The notes under the pieces were generated by a model. The model was not told the origin of the DNA, ran no database searches, and was given only the letters and a program-made list of their open reading frames with translations. A DNA stretch of 64,000 bases from Myxococcales bacterium (GTDB lineage Bacteria; Myxococcota_A; Polyangia; Polyangiales; DASUME01). Of the stretch, positions 11,373-22,084 are shown piece by piece (within the stretch, counting starts at the first letter, position 1; each line of letters begins with the position of its first letter). The translations under genes and the position numbers were made by a program. The stretch is from assembly GCA_047601445.1 (NCBI GenBank), contig JASGJH010000001.1, forward strand, positions 9,056,001 through 9,120,000, given 5' to 3'.

Positions 11373-11963
11373 TTACTTGTTGAGCTCGAGCTTGATGTTG
11401 AGCGTGATCTCGTCGCCCACCACGAGTCCGCCGGTCTCGAGCGCCTTGCTGAACGATACGCCGAACTCCTGGCGGTTGAGCTTGCCCTTCACCTTCACGC
11501 CGCGGACCTGCTTGCCCCAGGGATTGGTGATGGGGTTGCTCAGCTCCACGTCGAGCGTCACGGGCTTGGTCACGCCGTGCATCGTGAGATCGCCCGTCAC
11601 TTTGAAGGCCTTGCCCGCCTTCTTGATCTTGGTGGACTTGAAGGTGATCTGCGGGAACTTCGCCGCGTCGAAGAAGTCCGGGCTCTTGAGGTGCTTGTCG
11701 CGGTCGGCATTGTTGGTGTCGACGCTGTTGACGTCGATCGTGAGCTCCACCGTGCTCTTGCTGAGGTCCGCCTCGTCCAGCAGCACCTTGCCGTTCGCGG
11801 TGTGGAACTCGCCTTCGACCTCGGACACCACCATGTGCGGCGCCAGGAACCCAAAGCGCGAATGCGCGGAGTCGATGGTCCACTCGCTGGTCTCGGCCAG
11901 CGCGGGCAGTGCGAGCAGGGAAGACAAGAGGGCAAAGCTAGACAACGTTTTACGGCTCTTCAT
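11373..11963 (-). CDS. yceI: YceI family polyisoprenoid-binding protein
   Basis: WTIDSAHS, RDKHLKSPDFFDAAKFPQITFKS, GDLTMHGVTKPV; signal peptide. Confidence 0.92.
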   Translation of the reverse strand: MKSRKTLSSFALLSSLLALPALAETSEWTIDSAHSRFGFLAPHMVVSEVEGEFHTANGKVLLDEADLSKSTVELTIDVNSVDTNNADRDKHLKSPDFFDAAKFPQITFKSTKIKKAGKAFKVTGDLTMHGVTKPVTLDVELSNPITNPWGKQVRGVKVKGKLNRQEFGVSFSKALETGGLVVGDEITLNIKLELNK

Positions 11964-12082
11964 CGAAACTCTCCTATTGAGGCACCCTCGTTCCGGGCGC
12001 CCTCGAGTAGTCCCAGCCTAAGACGCCGGCGCTGGTTCACAAGGTTGTCAATCGGAATATCACCGTGTAGTTTTAGTTGACA

Positions 12083-12988
12083 ATGCTGGACGAGCTGCGC
12101 GGCCTATTGGTGTTTGCCCACGTGGTGGATGCGCGCAGTTTCTCGGCGGCTGCCAAGCGCCTCAACATCACCAAGAGCGCCGTCAGCAAGCACATCCAGC
12201 AGCTCGAGGAGCGCCTCGGCGTGCAGCTGCTCGTGCGCACCACGCGCAAGCTCTCGCTCACCGAGGTGGGCGAGCGGGTCTACGCCGCCAGCGTGGGCAT
12301 CCGCGACAGCGCCGAGATCGCCCAGGAGGCCGCCTCGAGCCACGCCGGAACCATCACGGGCACCCTGCGCCTCACCGCGCCCTCCATGCTCGGCCGCAAG
12401 TACGTGGTGCCCGTGGTCACCGAGTTCATGGAGCGGCACCCAGGCCTACGGGTGGAGCTCTTGTTCACCGACGCCTTCGTCGATCTGGTCGCCGAGCGCA
12501 TCGACGTGGCCCTGCGCGGCGGGCGCCTCGTGGACCCTGGCCTGGTCGCGCGGCGCCTGGTGCGAGTGCCCGTCCCGATCTGCGCCTCCCCGCGCTACCT
12601 GGCCCAGCATGGCCACCCCAAGACTCCGCTCGAACTCGCCAAGCACGAGTGGATTCACCATCTTCCGAGCCGCGAGCCCAACCGCCTCACGCTGCACAAG
12701 GGCCGGCGCTCCGTGACCATCAACCTCGAGGGCCGGCTCACCTCGAACGACGGCGCAGCGAGCCTACAGGCAGCGGTCAGCGGCTTCGGCATCATGGCGG
12801 CGCCTTTGTTCGAGCTCAGCGACGAAGTCCGCTCCAAGCAACTGGTTCCGCTGCTTACAGATTGGCGCCACGACGACGTGCTCGTGCAGGCGGTGTTTCC
12901 GCCCCGGCGGCACGTGTCGGCCAAGGTACGCGGCTTCGTGGATTTCATCGCGGCGCGCTGGAACAAGGCCCCCTGGGCCCTCACCTGA
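12083..12988 (+). CDS. LysR family transcriptional regulator (CrgA-like)
   Basis: SFSAAAKRLNITKSAVSKHIQQLEERLGVQLLVRTTRKLSLTE HTH; divergent from yceI. Confidence 0.93.
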   Translation: MLDELRGLLVFAHVVDARSFSAAAKRLNITKSAVSKHIQQLEERLGVQLLVRTTRKLSLTEVGERVYAASVGIRDSAEIAQEAASSHAGTITGTLRLTAPSMLGRKYVVPVVTEFMERHPGLRVELLFTDAFVDLVAERIDVALRGGRLVDPGLVARRLVRVPVPICASPRYLAQHGHPKTPLELAKHEWIHHLPSREPNRLTLHKGRRSVTINLEGRLTSNDGAASLQAAVSGFGIMAAPLFELSDEVRSKQLVPLLTDWRHDDVLVQAVFPPRRHVSAKVRGFVDFIAARWNKAPWALT

Positions 12989-13088
12989 GGGGACGTCGCG
13001 ACGATTTGCGGTTACCGCCGTTCTGGCCCAGTATCAACCGGATCCCGCGGGCGCAGATACGCTCGAGGCCCCACTCCAGTAAAAGCCG

Positions 13089-14303
13089 ATGCCGTTCTCG
13101 ATCCTTCCACCCCCCATCACGCCCCTGGCGGCGATCCTCCCCTCGGAACCCTTGCTCCTGATGGGCGCCGGTCCGGTGCCGATCCCACAGGCCGTCGCGC
13201 AGGCCAACGGGGTCATCATCAATCACCTCGGGCCCACCATGGACCGCGTGGTGCAAAACGTGAAGAGCATGGCGGCCTACGCGTTCCAGACGCGTAGCGA
13301 CAAGATCATGGGCCTGGCGGGCCCGGCTTCCGCGGCCATGGAGATGGCGGTCAGCAACCTGTGCTGGCCCGGCCGCAAAGTGCTGTGCCTGAAGAGCGGG
13401 ACCTTCAGCGGACGCCTCGGCGAGATGGCCCAGGGCGTCGGCGCCGACGTCACGTTCCTGGAGAGCGCGGTGGGCCGCCCCGTCACGCTCGAGCAGGTGC
13501 GCGAGGCGCTCAAGAAGGCCCGCTTCGACGTGATCACCATGGCCCACGGCGAGACCTCCTGCGGCGTGAAGATCGTGGAGCTCGCCGAGATTTGTAAGCT
13601 CGCGAAGGAGCACGGCGCGCTCACCATCGTGGACTCGGTGGTCACGCTCACCGCGATGCCCGTGCACATGGACGACTGGGGCATCGACGTCGGAGTCACC
13701 GGCGGTCAGAAGGCGCTGTCCTCCATTCCGGGCGTTTCCTTGTGCGCGTTCTCCGCGGACGCCTGGCGCGCCGTGGAGGCCCACCCCGGGCCGCGTCCGC
13801 ACTGGTGCTACGACGCGCTGCGCGCGCATCGTTTCTGGGGCTTCCAGCAGTATCACTACACCGCGCCCGTGCCGGGCGTGCTCGCGCTGCACGAGGCGCT
13901 GCGCCTGGTGGCCGATGAGACCCTCCAACGGCGCTTCCGTCGCCACGAGATGAGCTCGCTGGCGTTGCAGGCGGGCCTCGAAGCCATGGGCCTCGAGCTG
14001 TTTGCCCCCAAGGACGTGCGGCTCAACAGCGTGATCGCGATCACGCTGCCCACGGGCGTGGATAGTGCGCGCGTGCGGGAGTACATGACCAAGGCCTTCC
14101 GCGTGGAGATCAGCGGCGCCTTCGGCCTCAACATCGTGCGTATCGGGCAGATGGGCGAGCAGTGTCGCTCGCACAACCTGTTCAAGACGCTGTACGCCCT
14201 GGGCATGAGCTTCCAGCGCGAGGGCGTGAAGCTCGACGTCGCGAACGGCATGGCCGCGCTGGAGCAAGGCCTGGCCGGCGACCGCGACTACTTCGTGGAC
14301 TGA
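13089..14303 (+). CDS. alanine-glyoxylate/serine-pyruvate aminotransferase (class V PLP)
   Basis: LLMGAGP, HGETSCG, VDSV, GGQKAL (PLP Lys), YHYTAP, RIGQMG. Confidence 0.9.
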   Translation: MPFSILPPPITPLAAILPSEPLLLMGAGPVPIPQAVAQANGVIINHLGPTMDRVVQNVKSMAAYAFQTRSDKIMGLAGPASAAMEMAVSNLCWPGRKVLCLKSGTFSGRLGEMAQGVGADVTFLESAVGRPVTLEQVREALKKARFDVITMAHGETSCGVKIVELAEICKLAKEHGALTIVDSVVTLTAMPVHMDDWGIDVGVTGGQKALSSIPGVSLCAFSADAWRAVEAHPGPRPHWCYDALRAHRFWGFQQYHYTAPVPGVLALHEALRLVADETLQRRFRRHEMSSLALQAGLEAMGLELFAPKDVRLNSVIAITLPTGVDSARVREYMTKAFRVEISGAFGLNIVRIGQMGEQCRSHNLFKTLYALGMSFQREGVKLDVANGMAALEQGLAGDRDYFVD

Positions 14304-14791
14304 TCGCGCTCCGAGCGGGTGCGTCCGAACACCCCCAGCTCGAGCCCCGCACAGAGCAGCTGACCCAGCTCCTCGCATTGCGTGAGCTGCTCGGGTAAGA
14401 GGTCGCCCACCGCCAGGATGGGGTCGGCTACCAGCTCGAAGCCGTAACCCTTGGCGATGCGCTGGACGGCGGCGCTGGCGAAGGTGCCGTCGTTGCTCGC
14501 CTTGACCAGCAGGGCGTAGGGCAAGCGCGTGACGCGGCCTTCGGCCGGATAAAAGGTGCGGTCGAAGAAGTCTTTGACTGCACCGGCCATGTAGCCGAAG
14601 TTTTCGGGTGTCGCGACCGCCAGGGCATCACACCACAAGAGGTCCTCGAGCGTGGCCTGGGTCCCGTGCAGAGTCCGCAGCTCGGCCGCCGGATCGCTGC
14701 GTACGCCGCGCTCCAGGGCCTCGACCATCTGGCGAGTGCCGCCGCTCTGCGAGGCATAGACGATCAGGATCCGGCGCGCGCGCTCGCCCAT
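14288..14791 (-). CDS. flavodoxin-like NAD(P)H-dependent oxidoreductase
   Basis: LIVYASQSGGTRQM, ATPENFGYMAGAVKDFFDRTFY. Confidence 0.85.
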   Translation of the reverse strand: MGERARRILIVYASQSGGTRQMVEALERGVRSDPAAELRTLHGTQATLEDLLWCDALAVATPENFGYMAGAVKDFFDRTFYPAEGRVTRLPYALLVKASNDGTFASAAVQRIAKGYGFELVADPILAVGDLLPEQLTQCEELGQLLCAGLELGVFGRTRSERDQSTK

Positions 14792-14885
14792 GCCCGTGAG
14801 CTTACGATCTTGGGCGCGCAAAGGGTGGGGGCTTCGTGGTAAGCGGACGAACTGGGTGGTGCTGAACACGAGGGAGGCGCGCGAG

Positions 14886-15641
14886 ATGAGTGCTTCGATA
14901 CGAGAGCGGGTGAGCCCCGAGGAGTGGGCGCTGCGTGTGGACCTGGCCGCGGCCTATCGTTTGGTGGCGCGCTTCGGCTGGGACGACCTGGTGTTCACGC
15001 ATCTGTCGGCACGCGTGCCGGGCGAGGGGCACCACTTCTTGATCAACCCTTACGGCATGCTGTTCGAGGAGATCACGGCATCGAGTCTGGTCAAGATCGA
15101 CCTCGGCGGGACGCCGGTGCTCGATACGCCCTACAAGGTGAATCCAGCGGGCTTCACCATTCACAGCGCCATCCACGAGGCGCGCGGCGATGCCCACTGC
15201 GTGATGCACACGCATTCGCTCAACGGCGTGGCGGTGTCGGCGCAGGCAGGCGGCGTGCTTCCGCTCTCGCAGCAGTCCATCTTCGTGTTGGCCTCGCTCG
15301 GCTACCACGACTACGAAGGCGTGGCGTTGAACGACGACGAGCGTCCGCGCCTGGTGCGCGACCTGGGGAGCAAGCACTACTTGATGCTGCGCAACCACGG
15401 GCTCTTGACGGTGGCGAGCAGCATCCCCGACGCGTTCCTCTTCATGTACCTGTTCGAGGCGACCTGCACCATCCAGCTGCGGGCACAGGCGGGTGGCGGG
15501 GAGCTGGTCCACGTGCCGAGCCAGATCATCGAAGGCGCCGCGGCGCAGGCCAAGCAGGTCACGCGCGGTGCAGGCGGTGCGCTCGCGTGGCCGGGGCTGT
15601 TGCGAAAGCTCGATCGGGTCGATCCGTCGTTTCGAGAGTGA
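14886..15641 (+). CDS. class II aldolase/adducin family protein
   Basis: DLVFTHLSARVP, FEEITASSLVK, GFTIHSAIH, HTHS, LRNHGLL. Confidence 0.92.
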   Translation: MSASIRERVSPEEWALRVDLAAAYRLVARFGWDDLVFTHLSARVPGEGHHFLINPYGMLFEEITASSLVKIDLGGTPVLDTPYKVNPAGFTIHSAIHEARGDAHCVMHTHSLNGVAVSAQAGGVLPLSQQSIFVLASLGYHDYEGVALNDDERPRLVRDLGSKHYLMLRNHGLLTVASSIPDAFLFMYLFEATCTIQLRAQAGGGELVHVPSQIIEGAAAQAKQVTRGAGGALAWPGLLRKLDRVDPSFRE

Positions 15642-15653
15642 GGAGCAGGAGTC

Positions 15654-16448
15654 ATGAGCAGGTTGGAAGGCAAGCGAGCGATCATCACGGGGGCCGCCAG
15701 CGGCATCGGACGGGCTTCGGCGCTGCTGTTCGCGGAGCGCGGGGCGCAGCTCGTGATCTCGGACGTCAACGCGGAGGGGCTCGGAGAGACGGTCGCCCTG
15801 GTATGCGGCGCAACACCCGGCGCTGAGGTGAAGGCGAGCGTGGGTGACGCCGCGGACCCCAACCACGTGGTGGAGCTGGTCGGTAGCTGCAGCGAAGCCT
15901 ACGGCGTGCCGAATGTGTTCTTCGCGAATGCGGGCATCGGCGGCATGCGCGGGTTGATGGAAGAGGGTCTCGACGAGTGGCAGCGCATTCTGCGCGTGAA
16001 CTTGCTGGGGCCGGTGGTGGCTATTCAGACGGTGGCGCCCGTGATGGCGAGCGCGGGGGGTGGTTCCATCGTGCTCACCGCGTCCGTGGCGGGGTTGCGC
16101 TCGGGGGCGGGCTCCTCGGCCTACAGTGCGAGCAAGGCCGGGGTCGTGAGCCTCGCGCAGACCGCCGCCTGCCAGCTCGCTGCCAAACAGGTTCGCGTCA
16201 ACGCCATCTGTCCCGGGTTGATCGAGACCGGCATGACGAAGCCCCTGCTCCAGGCGGCGCGTGAGGCGGGGAAGGGCGACAAGATCGGCAAGCACAACCC
16301 CATGCGGCGCGCCGCTCAGCCGCGCGAGATCGCCACCATGGCGGCCTACCTGGCCAGCGACGACAGCAGCTTCATGACGGGCCAAGCCGTGGTGGTGGAC
16401 GGCGGCATGAGTGCGACCCACCCGTTCACGCACGGGCGGGTAATCTGA
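15654..16448 (+). CDS. classical short-chain dehydrogenase/reductase
   Basis: TGAASGIG, NAGIG, YSASK, VNAICPGLIET. Confidence 0.92.
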   Translation: MSRLEGKRAIITGAASGIGRASALLFAERGAQLVISDVNAEGLGETVALVCGATPGAEVKASVGDAADPNHVVELVGSCSEAYGVPNVFFANAGIGGMRGLMEEGLDEWQRILRVNLLGPVVAIQTVAPVMASAGGGSIVLTASVAGLRSGAGSSAYSASKAGVVSLAQTAACQLAAKQVRVNAICPGLIETGMTKPLLQAAREAGKGDKIGKHNPMRRAAQPREIATMAAYLASDDSSFMTGQAVVVDGGMSATHPFTHGRVI

Positions 16449-16525
16449 GAGAGAGAGTCGGGAGAGCGCGCACGCGCACGACTACGTCTCGCGAGGACGA
16501 AGACGAGGATGAATGCGGGCGCGCG

Positions 16526-16557
16526 GAACTGAGCTGGGGTTGGAGGCAGCTCAGTTC
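16526..16557. terminator. hairpin between convergent SDR and leuS genes, likely a (bidirectional) terminator
   Basis: Perfect 11-bp inverted repeat GAACTGAGCTG-N10-CAGCTCAGTTC overlapping the leuS stop; no U-tract. Confidence 0.5.
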
Positions 16558-19367
16558 GCTACGATGTTCACGAGCTTGCCTGGCACCACGACCACCTTGC
16601 GGACGGTCTTGCCTGCGATCAGCTCCTGCACCTTGGCGTCGGCCAGCGCGAACTTCTCGAGCTCCTCTGCGCTCAGCTCGGCGGGGACCACGATGCGGTG
16701 GCGGACCTTGCCCATGATCTGCACGGGTACTTCCACGCTGTCGTCGCGCAGGAGCGCATCGTCGTAGCTCGGCCAGCTCGCGAGGCTCACGCAGCCCGGC
16801 ATCTCGAGCTTGCTCCAGAGTTCCTCGGACATGTGGGGCGCGAACGGCGCCAAGACGCGCGTGAATCGCTCGGCTTGGCTCTTGCTCAGCCCGCCCGCCG
16901 TGGTGCCCGCATTCACCAAGCCGATCAGGGCTGCGATGGCCGTGTTGAAAGCCAGCCGCTCCACGTCGCCCTCGACCTTGGCGATGGTGCGGTGCAGCTG
17001 CTTCTCCACCTCGGGATTGTCCGCCGCGCTGAGGGTGAGCTCGCCCGTCTCCTCGTTGACCATCAAGCGCCACGCGCGCTGCAAGAAGCGCAGGAGGCCA
17101 CCGATGTCGCGGGTGTTCCAGGGCTTACTCGCCTCCAGCGGACCCATGTACATCTCGTACAGGCGGAACGTGTCGGCGCCGAAGCTCGCGATGACGTCGT
17201 CCGGGTTGATCACGTTCTTCAGACTCTTCGACATCTTGGCCGTGATCTGCGCGACCGACTCGCCGGTTGCAGTCTCGATGTACTGCCCCTCGCCACGCTC
17301 CTCCACCATATCCACCGCCACCAGCGACTTGTCCGCGCGCTGATAGGCGAAGCTCATGATCAGCCCCTGATGGAACAGCTTCTTGAACGGCTCGGGCGAG
17401 CTCACGTGTCCCAGGTCGTGCAGCGCCTGGTGCCAAAAGCGGGAGTACAGGAGGTGCAGCACCGCGTGCTCGGCGCCACCCACGTAGAAGTCCACGCCTT
17501 CTCCGAGCCAGTAGGCCTCCACGTCCTTGTCGATCAACGCCTGATCGTTCTTGGGATCGGCGTAGCGCAGGAAGTACCAGCAGGAGCCCGCCCAACCCGG
17601 CATGGTGTTGGTCTCGCGCGTCATCGGAGCGTCCGCCGGCAGCTCGGAGATGCCGCAGGCGCCGGCCGTGGTCTGCACCCAGTCGCGGGCCTTGGCCAAG
17701 AGCGGCTTGGGCTCGTCGCTCTCTTCGGGCTGATAGTCCTGCAGCTCCGGCAAGGTCAGGGGCAGCTTGCTCTCGGCGAGCGCGTAGTGATTGCCCTCGG
17801 CGTCGTAGGCGATGGGGAAGGGCTCCCCCCAGTAGCGCTGACGGCTGAACAGCCAGTCACGCAGCTTGGTGTTGTGCTTCTTTTTGCCGAGTCCGCGCTG
17901 CTCGAGCCAGGCGGTGATCACGCGCTTGGCCTCGGGCGTGGGCAGGCCATTCAGGCTCACCTCGGGGTTGGCGGAGTTCACGTTCTTGCCGTCGTCGCTG
18001 AAGCACCCTGCGGGCTGCGAGCCATCGGCGGGCACCACCACTTCGCGGATGGGCAAGCCGAACACGGTGGCGAACTCGTGGTCGCGCTCGTCGTGCGCAG
18101 GCACGGCCATGATGGCACCGGTGCCGTATCCCATCAGCACGTAGTCGGCGACCCACACGGGCACGCGCTCGCCACTCACCGGGTTGAGTGCGTAGACGCC
18201 GGTGAACACACCGGTCTTTTCCTTGCTCTGCTGACGCTCGAGATCGCTGCGGTTGCGCGCCGCGCTCACGTAGCTCGAGAGCGTGTCGCGGTCGGTCTCG
18301 GCCAGCGGGGCTTTCAACACCGCATCCACCAGGGGATGCTCGGGCGCCACCACCATGTAGGTCGCTCCGAACAACGTGTCCGGACGCGTCGTGAAGACGC
18401 GCAGGCCCGCGTGCTCGCCCACCGGCTCCACCAGAGCGAAGGACACCTCTGCGCCCACGCTGTGGCCGATCCAGGTGGCCTGCTTGGCGATGGTGGACTC
18501 CGGCCAATCCAGACCGTCGAGCCCCTTCAACAGCCGCTGCCCGTAGGCCGTGATGCGGAACAACCACTGCTTGAGCGGCTTGCGCAGCACGGGGAAGCCG
18601 CCGCGCTCGCTGCGCCCGTCGATGACCTCTTCGTTGGCCAGTGCGGTGCCGAGCTTGGGACACCAGTTCACGGTCTGCTCGGCCAGGTAGGCCAGGCGAT
18701 AGCTGTTCACGATGGCGCGCTTGGTACTCGCATCCACGCTCTGCCAGCTGCCGAACTTACGGGCCTTGGCCTCGGCGTTCACTTCGCTCGCATCCGCGTT
18801 GAAGCCCACCGGGCGCTGGCCCGACTCGAACTCCCGGATCAGCTCGCCGATGGGCCGTGCGCGCTGGGCCTCCACGTCGAACCAGGCGTTGTAGATCTGC
18901 ACGAAGATCCACTGGGTCCACTTGTAGTAACCGGGGTCGATGGTGCCGAACTCACGGCTCCAGTCGTAGCTGAACCCGAAGCGCTTGAGCTGGCGCCGGA
19001 AGTTGTCGATGGCCTTGCGCGTGGTGATGGCCGGATGCACGCCGGTCTGAATCGCGTACTGCTCGGCCGGCAAACCGAAGGCGTCCCAGCCCATGGGATG
19101 CAGCACGTTGATGCCGCGCATGCGCTTGTAGCGCGAGAGGATATCGGTGGCCGTGTAGCCCTCGGGGTGCCCCACATGGAGGCCGGCACCGCTCGGGTAA
19201 GGAAACATATCGAGCGCGTAGAACTTGCCCTTCTTGGCGTCGAAGCCCGGCTCGCCCGGATTCGGCTGCCTGAAGGTCTGGTGCTCGTCCCAATACTTCT
19301 GCCAACGCGTCTCGATGTCGGCTGCAAGGGTGGCGTCGTAGCGGTGCTTCGGGATGTCGTCGGCCAT
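16551..19367 (-). CDS. leuS: leucine--tRNA ligase
   Basis: MFPYPSGAGLHVGH (HIGH), TTRPDT editing domain, DWLFSRQRYWGEP, KMSKS. Confidence 0.98.
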   Translation of the reverse strand: MADDIPKHRYDATLAADIETRWQKYWDEHQTFRQPNPGEPGFDAKKGKFYALDMFPYPSGAGLHVGHPEGYTATDILSRYKRMRGINVLHPMGWDAFGLPAEQYAIQTGVHPAITTRKAIDNFRRQLKRFGFSYDWSREFGTIDPGYYKWTQWIFVQIYNAWFDVEAQRARPIGELIREFESGQRPVGFNADASEVNAEAKARKFGSWQSVDASTKRAIVNSYRLAYLAEQTVNWCPKLGTALANEEVIDGRSERGGFPVLRKPLKQWLFRITAYGQRLLKGLDGLDWPESTIAKQATWIGHSVGAEVSFALVEPVGEHAGLRVFTTRPDTLFGATYMVVAPEHPLVDAVLKAPLAETDRDTLSSYVSAARNRSDLERQQSKEKTGVFTGVYALNPVSGERVPVWVADYVLMGYGTGAIMAVPAHDERDHEFATVFGLPIREVVVPADGSQPAGCFSDDGKNVNSANPEVSLNGLPTPEAKRVITAWLEQRGLGKKKHNTKLRDWLFSRQRYWGEPFPIAYDAEGNHYALAESKLPLTLPELQDYQPEESDEPKPLLAKARDWVQTTAGACGISELPADAPMTRETNTMPGWAGSCWYFLRYADPKNDQALIDKDVEAYWLGEGVDFYVGGAEHAVLHLLYSRFWHQALHDLGHVSSPEPFKKLFHQGLIMSFAYQRADKSLVAVDMVEERGEGQYIETATGESVAQITAKMSKSLKNVINPDDVIASFGADTFRLYEMYMGPLEASKPWNTRDIGGLLRFLQRAWRLMVNEETGELTLSAADNPEVEKQLHRTIAKVEGDVERLAFNTAIAALIGLVNAGTTAGGLSKSQAERFTRVLAPFAPHMSEELWSKLEMPGCVSLASWPSYDDALLRDDSVEVPVQIMGKVRHRIVVPAELSAEELEKFALADAKVQELIAGKTVRKVVVVPGKLVNIVAN

Positions 19368-19398
19368 GGGCCGCGGAGTCTACCCCTTTTTGGTCCGC

Positions 19399-20352
19399 TC
19401 ATCCCTTGCGGGGAAGACGAATCACCTTGGCGGCCCGACCACCGCCGGCCGCCGGGTCCACGGGCGGCAAGGAGAGCAGGAGCCGCTCGATGTGGGGCAG
19501 GGCGCGCTGGACGTTGCCCTCCGCGTGCAGCGGTGAGTAGGTCTCATCGAAGATCAAGGCCAGCTGGTATTGACCCGCGATGGCGTGGGCGAAGCACTGA
19601 ATGAGAGGGCCTCGCAGCTCCGAACGGGTGAGCTCACGATCGCGCGACGCGCGCTCCCGAATCTCCAGCAGGGCCCGCGCGCCGCGCAGCCGCCGCGCCG
19701 CCGCAGCCAGTCCGCCCTTGTCGGACAGCGCTCCCAGCACGTCGAGCTCGCCCTGCAGGGTCCGCAGCGCCACCGGCCCGAGCTTGGCCTCGCGCAGGCG
19801 TTGATGGGCCTCGGCCGCCGGAGCGGCCAAGAGTTCCGCCCAAGTGAGCCCCGTTCCCACCAGCATGTTGTCGGCCCGGGCCGCCATGATCAGCGCGTCC
19901 AGGTCGAGCCCCTCCTCGAGTGCCTCCGAACAGCCCCAAATCACGGGCGAGTACACGTCGATGATCCAGACGGTCTCGGCACCTGTGCGCTCGGCCAGCG
20001 CTGCCAGAGCATGGTCGAGCTCGCGCCGCAGCACCGTGGGCGTGCGCGTGGGGCTATCGGCCACCGGTTGGGCGACGGTCTCGCGGAAGGACTCCACGAC
20101 CGCCAATAGACGCGCTTCGGCTCCCGGTCGGTCCCGCGGCGGCTCGGCGAACACGGCCACCACGCGGCGCGACTCCTCGAGCGGGGCCCAGATGAGGCAG
20201 GGGTCCGTGGGCGCGCTGCCCCCGATCTCGATGCGCGCGTCCTGGGCGCCGAGACGCTTCTGAAGCATGTCGAGCAGCTTGAGCCAGACCTGGTCCTTCA
20301 CGCTCCCAGTGTCCGCGGCTGGGGTGGGATAGTCGAGCGGATTTCGGGGCAC
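19399..20352 (-). CDS. hypothetical protein
   Basis: Long ORF with typical codon usage directly upstream of leuS; start uncertain. Confidence 0.6.
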   Translation of the reverse strand: MPRNPLDYPTPAADTGSVKDQVWLKLLDMLQKRLGAQDARIEIGGSAPTDPCLIWAPLEESRRVVAVFAEPPRDRPGAEARLLAVVESFRETVAQPVADSPTRTPTVLRRELDHALAALAERTGAETVWIIDVYSPVIWGCSEALEEGLDLDALIMAARADNMLVGTGLTWAELLAAPAAEAHQRLREAKLGPVALRTLQGELDVLGALSDKGGLAAAARRLRGARALLEIRERASRDRELTRSELRGPLIQCFAHAIAGQYQLALIFDETYSPLHAEGNVQRALPHIERLLLSLPPVDPAAGGGRAAKVIRLPRKG

Positions 20353-20376
20353 GAATGTCTGAAAAGCGAAGTCCCT

Positions 20377-21315
20377 TCAGGCTGCCGGGCGATTTACGTC
20401 GTTCGCCTGGTTCCGCGGACCGCAGTTGGCCGGCTCCCGCTTCTGCGCGAGCACCATCAACTGGTAGGGGGCCACGTGGAGTCGGGCGAGCGGCTCTTCG
20501 ACCAGCCGCACCAGGCTCGTCGGCGGCAGCGCCAACGCGAGGCTCTTGATCGCCTCGACTACCGGACCCAACAGGGGAATTCGGGCGCGACTTGGCCAAT
20601 TGATGACCTGAACGAGGTGCGAGGCGTAGCGGAAATTTTCGGAGATGTGGATCGGTGTGAAGCCGGCCGCGGAGAGCAGGCGGGAGAAGCCGGCCGCGGT
20701 GTACGTGCGGGCGTGGTCCGGGTTGTGACGGGGGCGCTCGAGGGGAAGGAAAAACAAGCCGTATCCCCCGGCGCGCGTGTGTTGAGCCAGTTGCGTCAGC
20801 GTGTGCAGATCGTCGGGCACGTGTTCGATGACATGGGAGGCGATCACGATGTCGTAGTCGCTGGACGGGAAGCTGGAGTTGCCGTCGGAGCTCGCCACAC
20901 GAAAGTCAGCCTCTGCATAGGACGCGAGCCGCGGGTCGTCGCGCAGGGCGTTGACCGCGCTTTCGGAGATCTCCGAGCCGTGGAGGCTCGAGCTGGTGTC
21001 GAAGCGCATCAGCAGCGAGCCGGTGCCGAAGCCGAGCTCGAATACGCGCTGGCGCTCGAAGGGAATGTCGTGCCGTCGAAACAGCTCCTCCATCAGGAAC
21101 AGGCGATAGCGCGCGTCGTAACGGAGGAAGTCGTGGACGGCGCGGAAGTGGGCGTAGCGCCGTGCATACACGCGGCGTTGCTGGTCGACCCAGGCCGTCT
21201 GCGCACGTTCGGACGCGGAGGGCGGCGAAGCCGGGGGGAATGAATGCGCGGGGATGCCGGCGCGTTCGAGGTTCGACGTGGGGAAGGTCGACTGCAGGGG
21301 CATGCGCATGGTCAT
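20377..21315 (-). CDS. class I SAM-dependent methyltransferase
   Basis: VFELGFGTG, YDIVIASHVIEHVPD. Confidence 0.8.
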   Translation of the reverse strand: MTMRMPLQSTFPTSNLERAGIPAHSFPPASPPSASERAQTAWVDQQRRVYARRYAHFRAVHDFLRYDARYRLFLMEELFRRHDIPFERQRVFELGFGTGSLLMRFDTSSSLHGSEISESAVNALRDDPRLASYAEADFRVASSDGNSSFPSSDYDIVIASHVIEHVPDDLHTLTQLAQHTRAGGYGLFFLPLERPRHNPDHARTYTAAGFSRLLSAAGFTPIHISENFRYASHLVQVINWPSRARIPLLGPVVEAIKSLALALPPTSLVRLVEEPLARLHVAPYQLMVLAQKREPANCGPRNQANDVNRPAA

Positions 21316-21475
21316 ACGGAGGCCGATTGCAGCGGTCGTGCCAGCTCGTGCGCGTCACAAATCTCACGGATCTGCCCGATCGGGCCGGCAAACGTGAAAA
21401 ATGCGCCCACACCCTGAGGTCCACCGGGCACGGCGAGAGTGAACCCGAGGTGCTTCGAGCTACACTCGGCCCGCG

Positions 21476-22072
21476 ATGAGCGTCACTCCCAATAGCTTCG
21501 ACCGCGCTTACTACGAGCGCTTCTACGAGGACCCCAAGACGCGGGTCAGCGATCGCGCGCAAGTGGCCAAGCTAGGCGATTTCGTGTGCAGTTACTTGAG
21601 CTACCTCGAGCTGCCCGTGCGCCGCATGTTGGACGTGGGCTGCGGGGTAGGGCACTGGCAGTCCACCCTGCGCCGGCACTTCCCGAGCGCGCGCTACCAG
21701 GGCGTGGAGTACAGCCAGTACCTGTGTGAGCGCTACGGCTGGGAGCAGGGCTCCGTGGTGGACTATCGCGCCAAGCAACCCTTCGACCTGGTGATCTGCC
21801 AGGGCGTGCTGCCTTACCTCGACGCCCGCGCGGCCAAGGCGGCCATCGACAACCTGGGCAGCTTGTGTCGCGGAGCGCTCTACGTAGAGGCCGTCACCAA
21901 GGAAGATTGGGACGATGGCATCCTCGACAAGCGCCGCACCGATCGCAGCATGCAGCTGCGGCCCGCGCGCTTCTATCGGCGGGCGCTGTCGGCGCACTTT
22001 CAAGCCATCGGCGGTGGACTCTGGCTCTCGAACCGGGCCCGGGTAGCGCTGTACGCGCTCGAGCGCGGTTAG
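21476..22072 (+). CDS. class I SAM-dependent methyltransferase
   Basis: MLDVGCGVG, FDLVICQGVLPYL. Confidence 0.85.
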   Translation: MSVTPNSFDRAYYERFYEDPKTRVSDRAQVAKLGDFVCSYLSYLELPVRRMLDVGCGVGHWQSTLRRHFPSARYQGVEYSQYLCERYGWEQGSVVDYRAKQPFDLVICQGVLPYLDARAAKAAIDNLGSLCRGALYVEAVTKEDWDDGILDKRRTDRSMQLRPARFYRRALSAHFQAIGGGLWLSNRARVALYALERG

Positions 22073-22084
22073 GCGGAGCTAGCA

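Noticed and set aside
16447..16512. Low-complexity GAGA/CACG/GACGA tract as a mobile or REP repeat
   Set aside because: Only one degenerate copy is in the window, so it cannot be supported as an element.
16698..19604. 968-aa ORF antisense to leuS, and the many other long antisense ORFs
   Set aside because: Expected shadow ORFs from high GC3 codon bias; they show no recognisable motifs.
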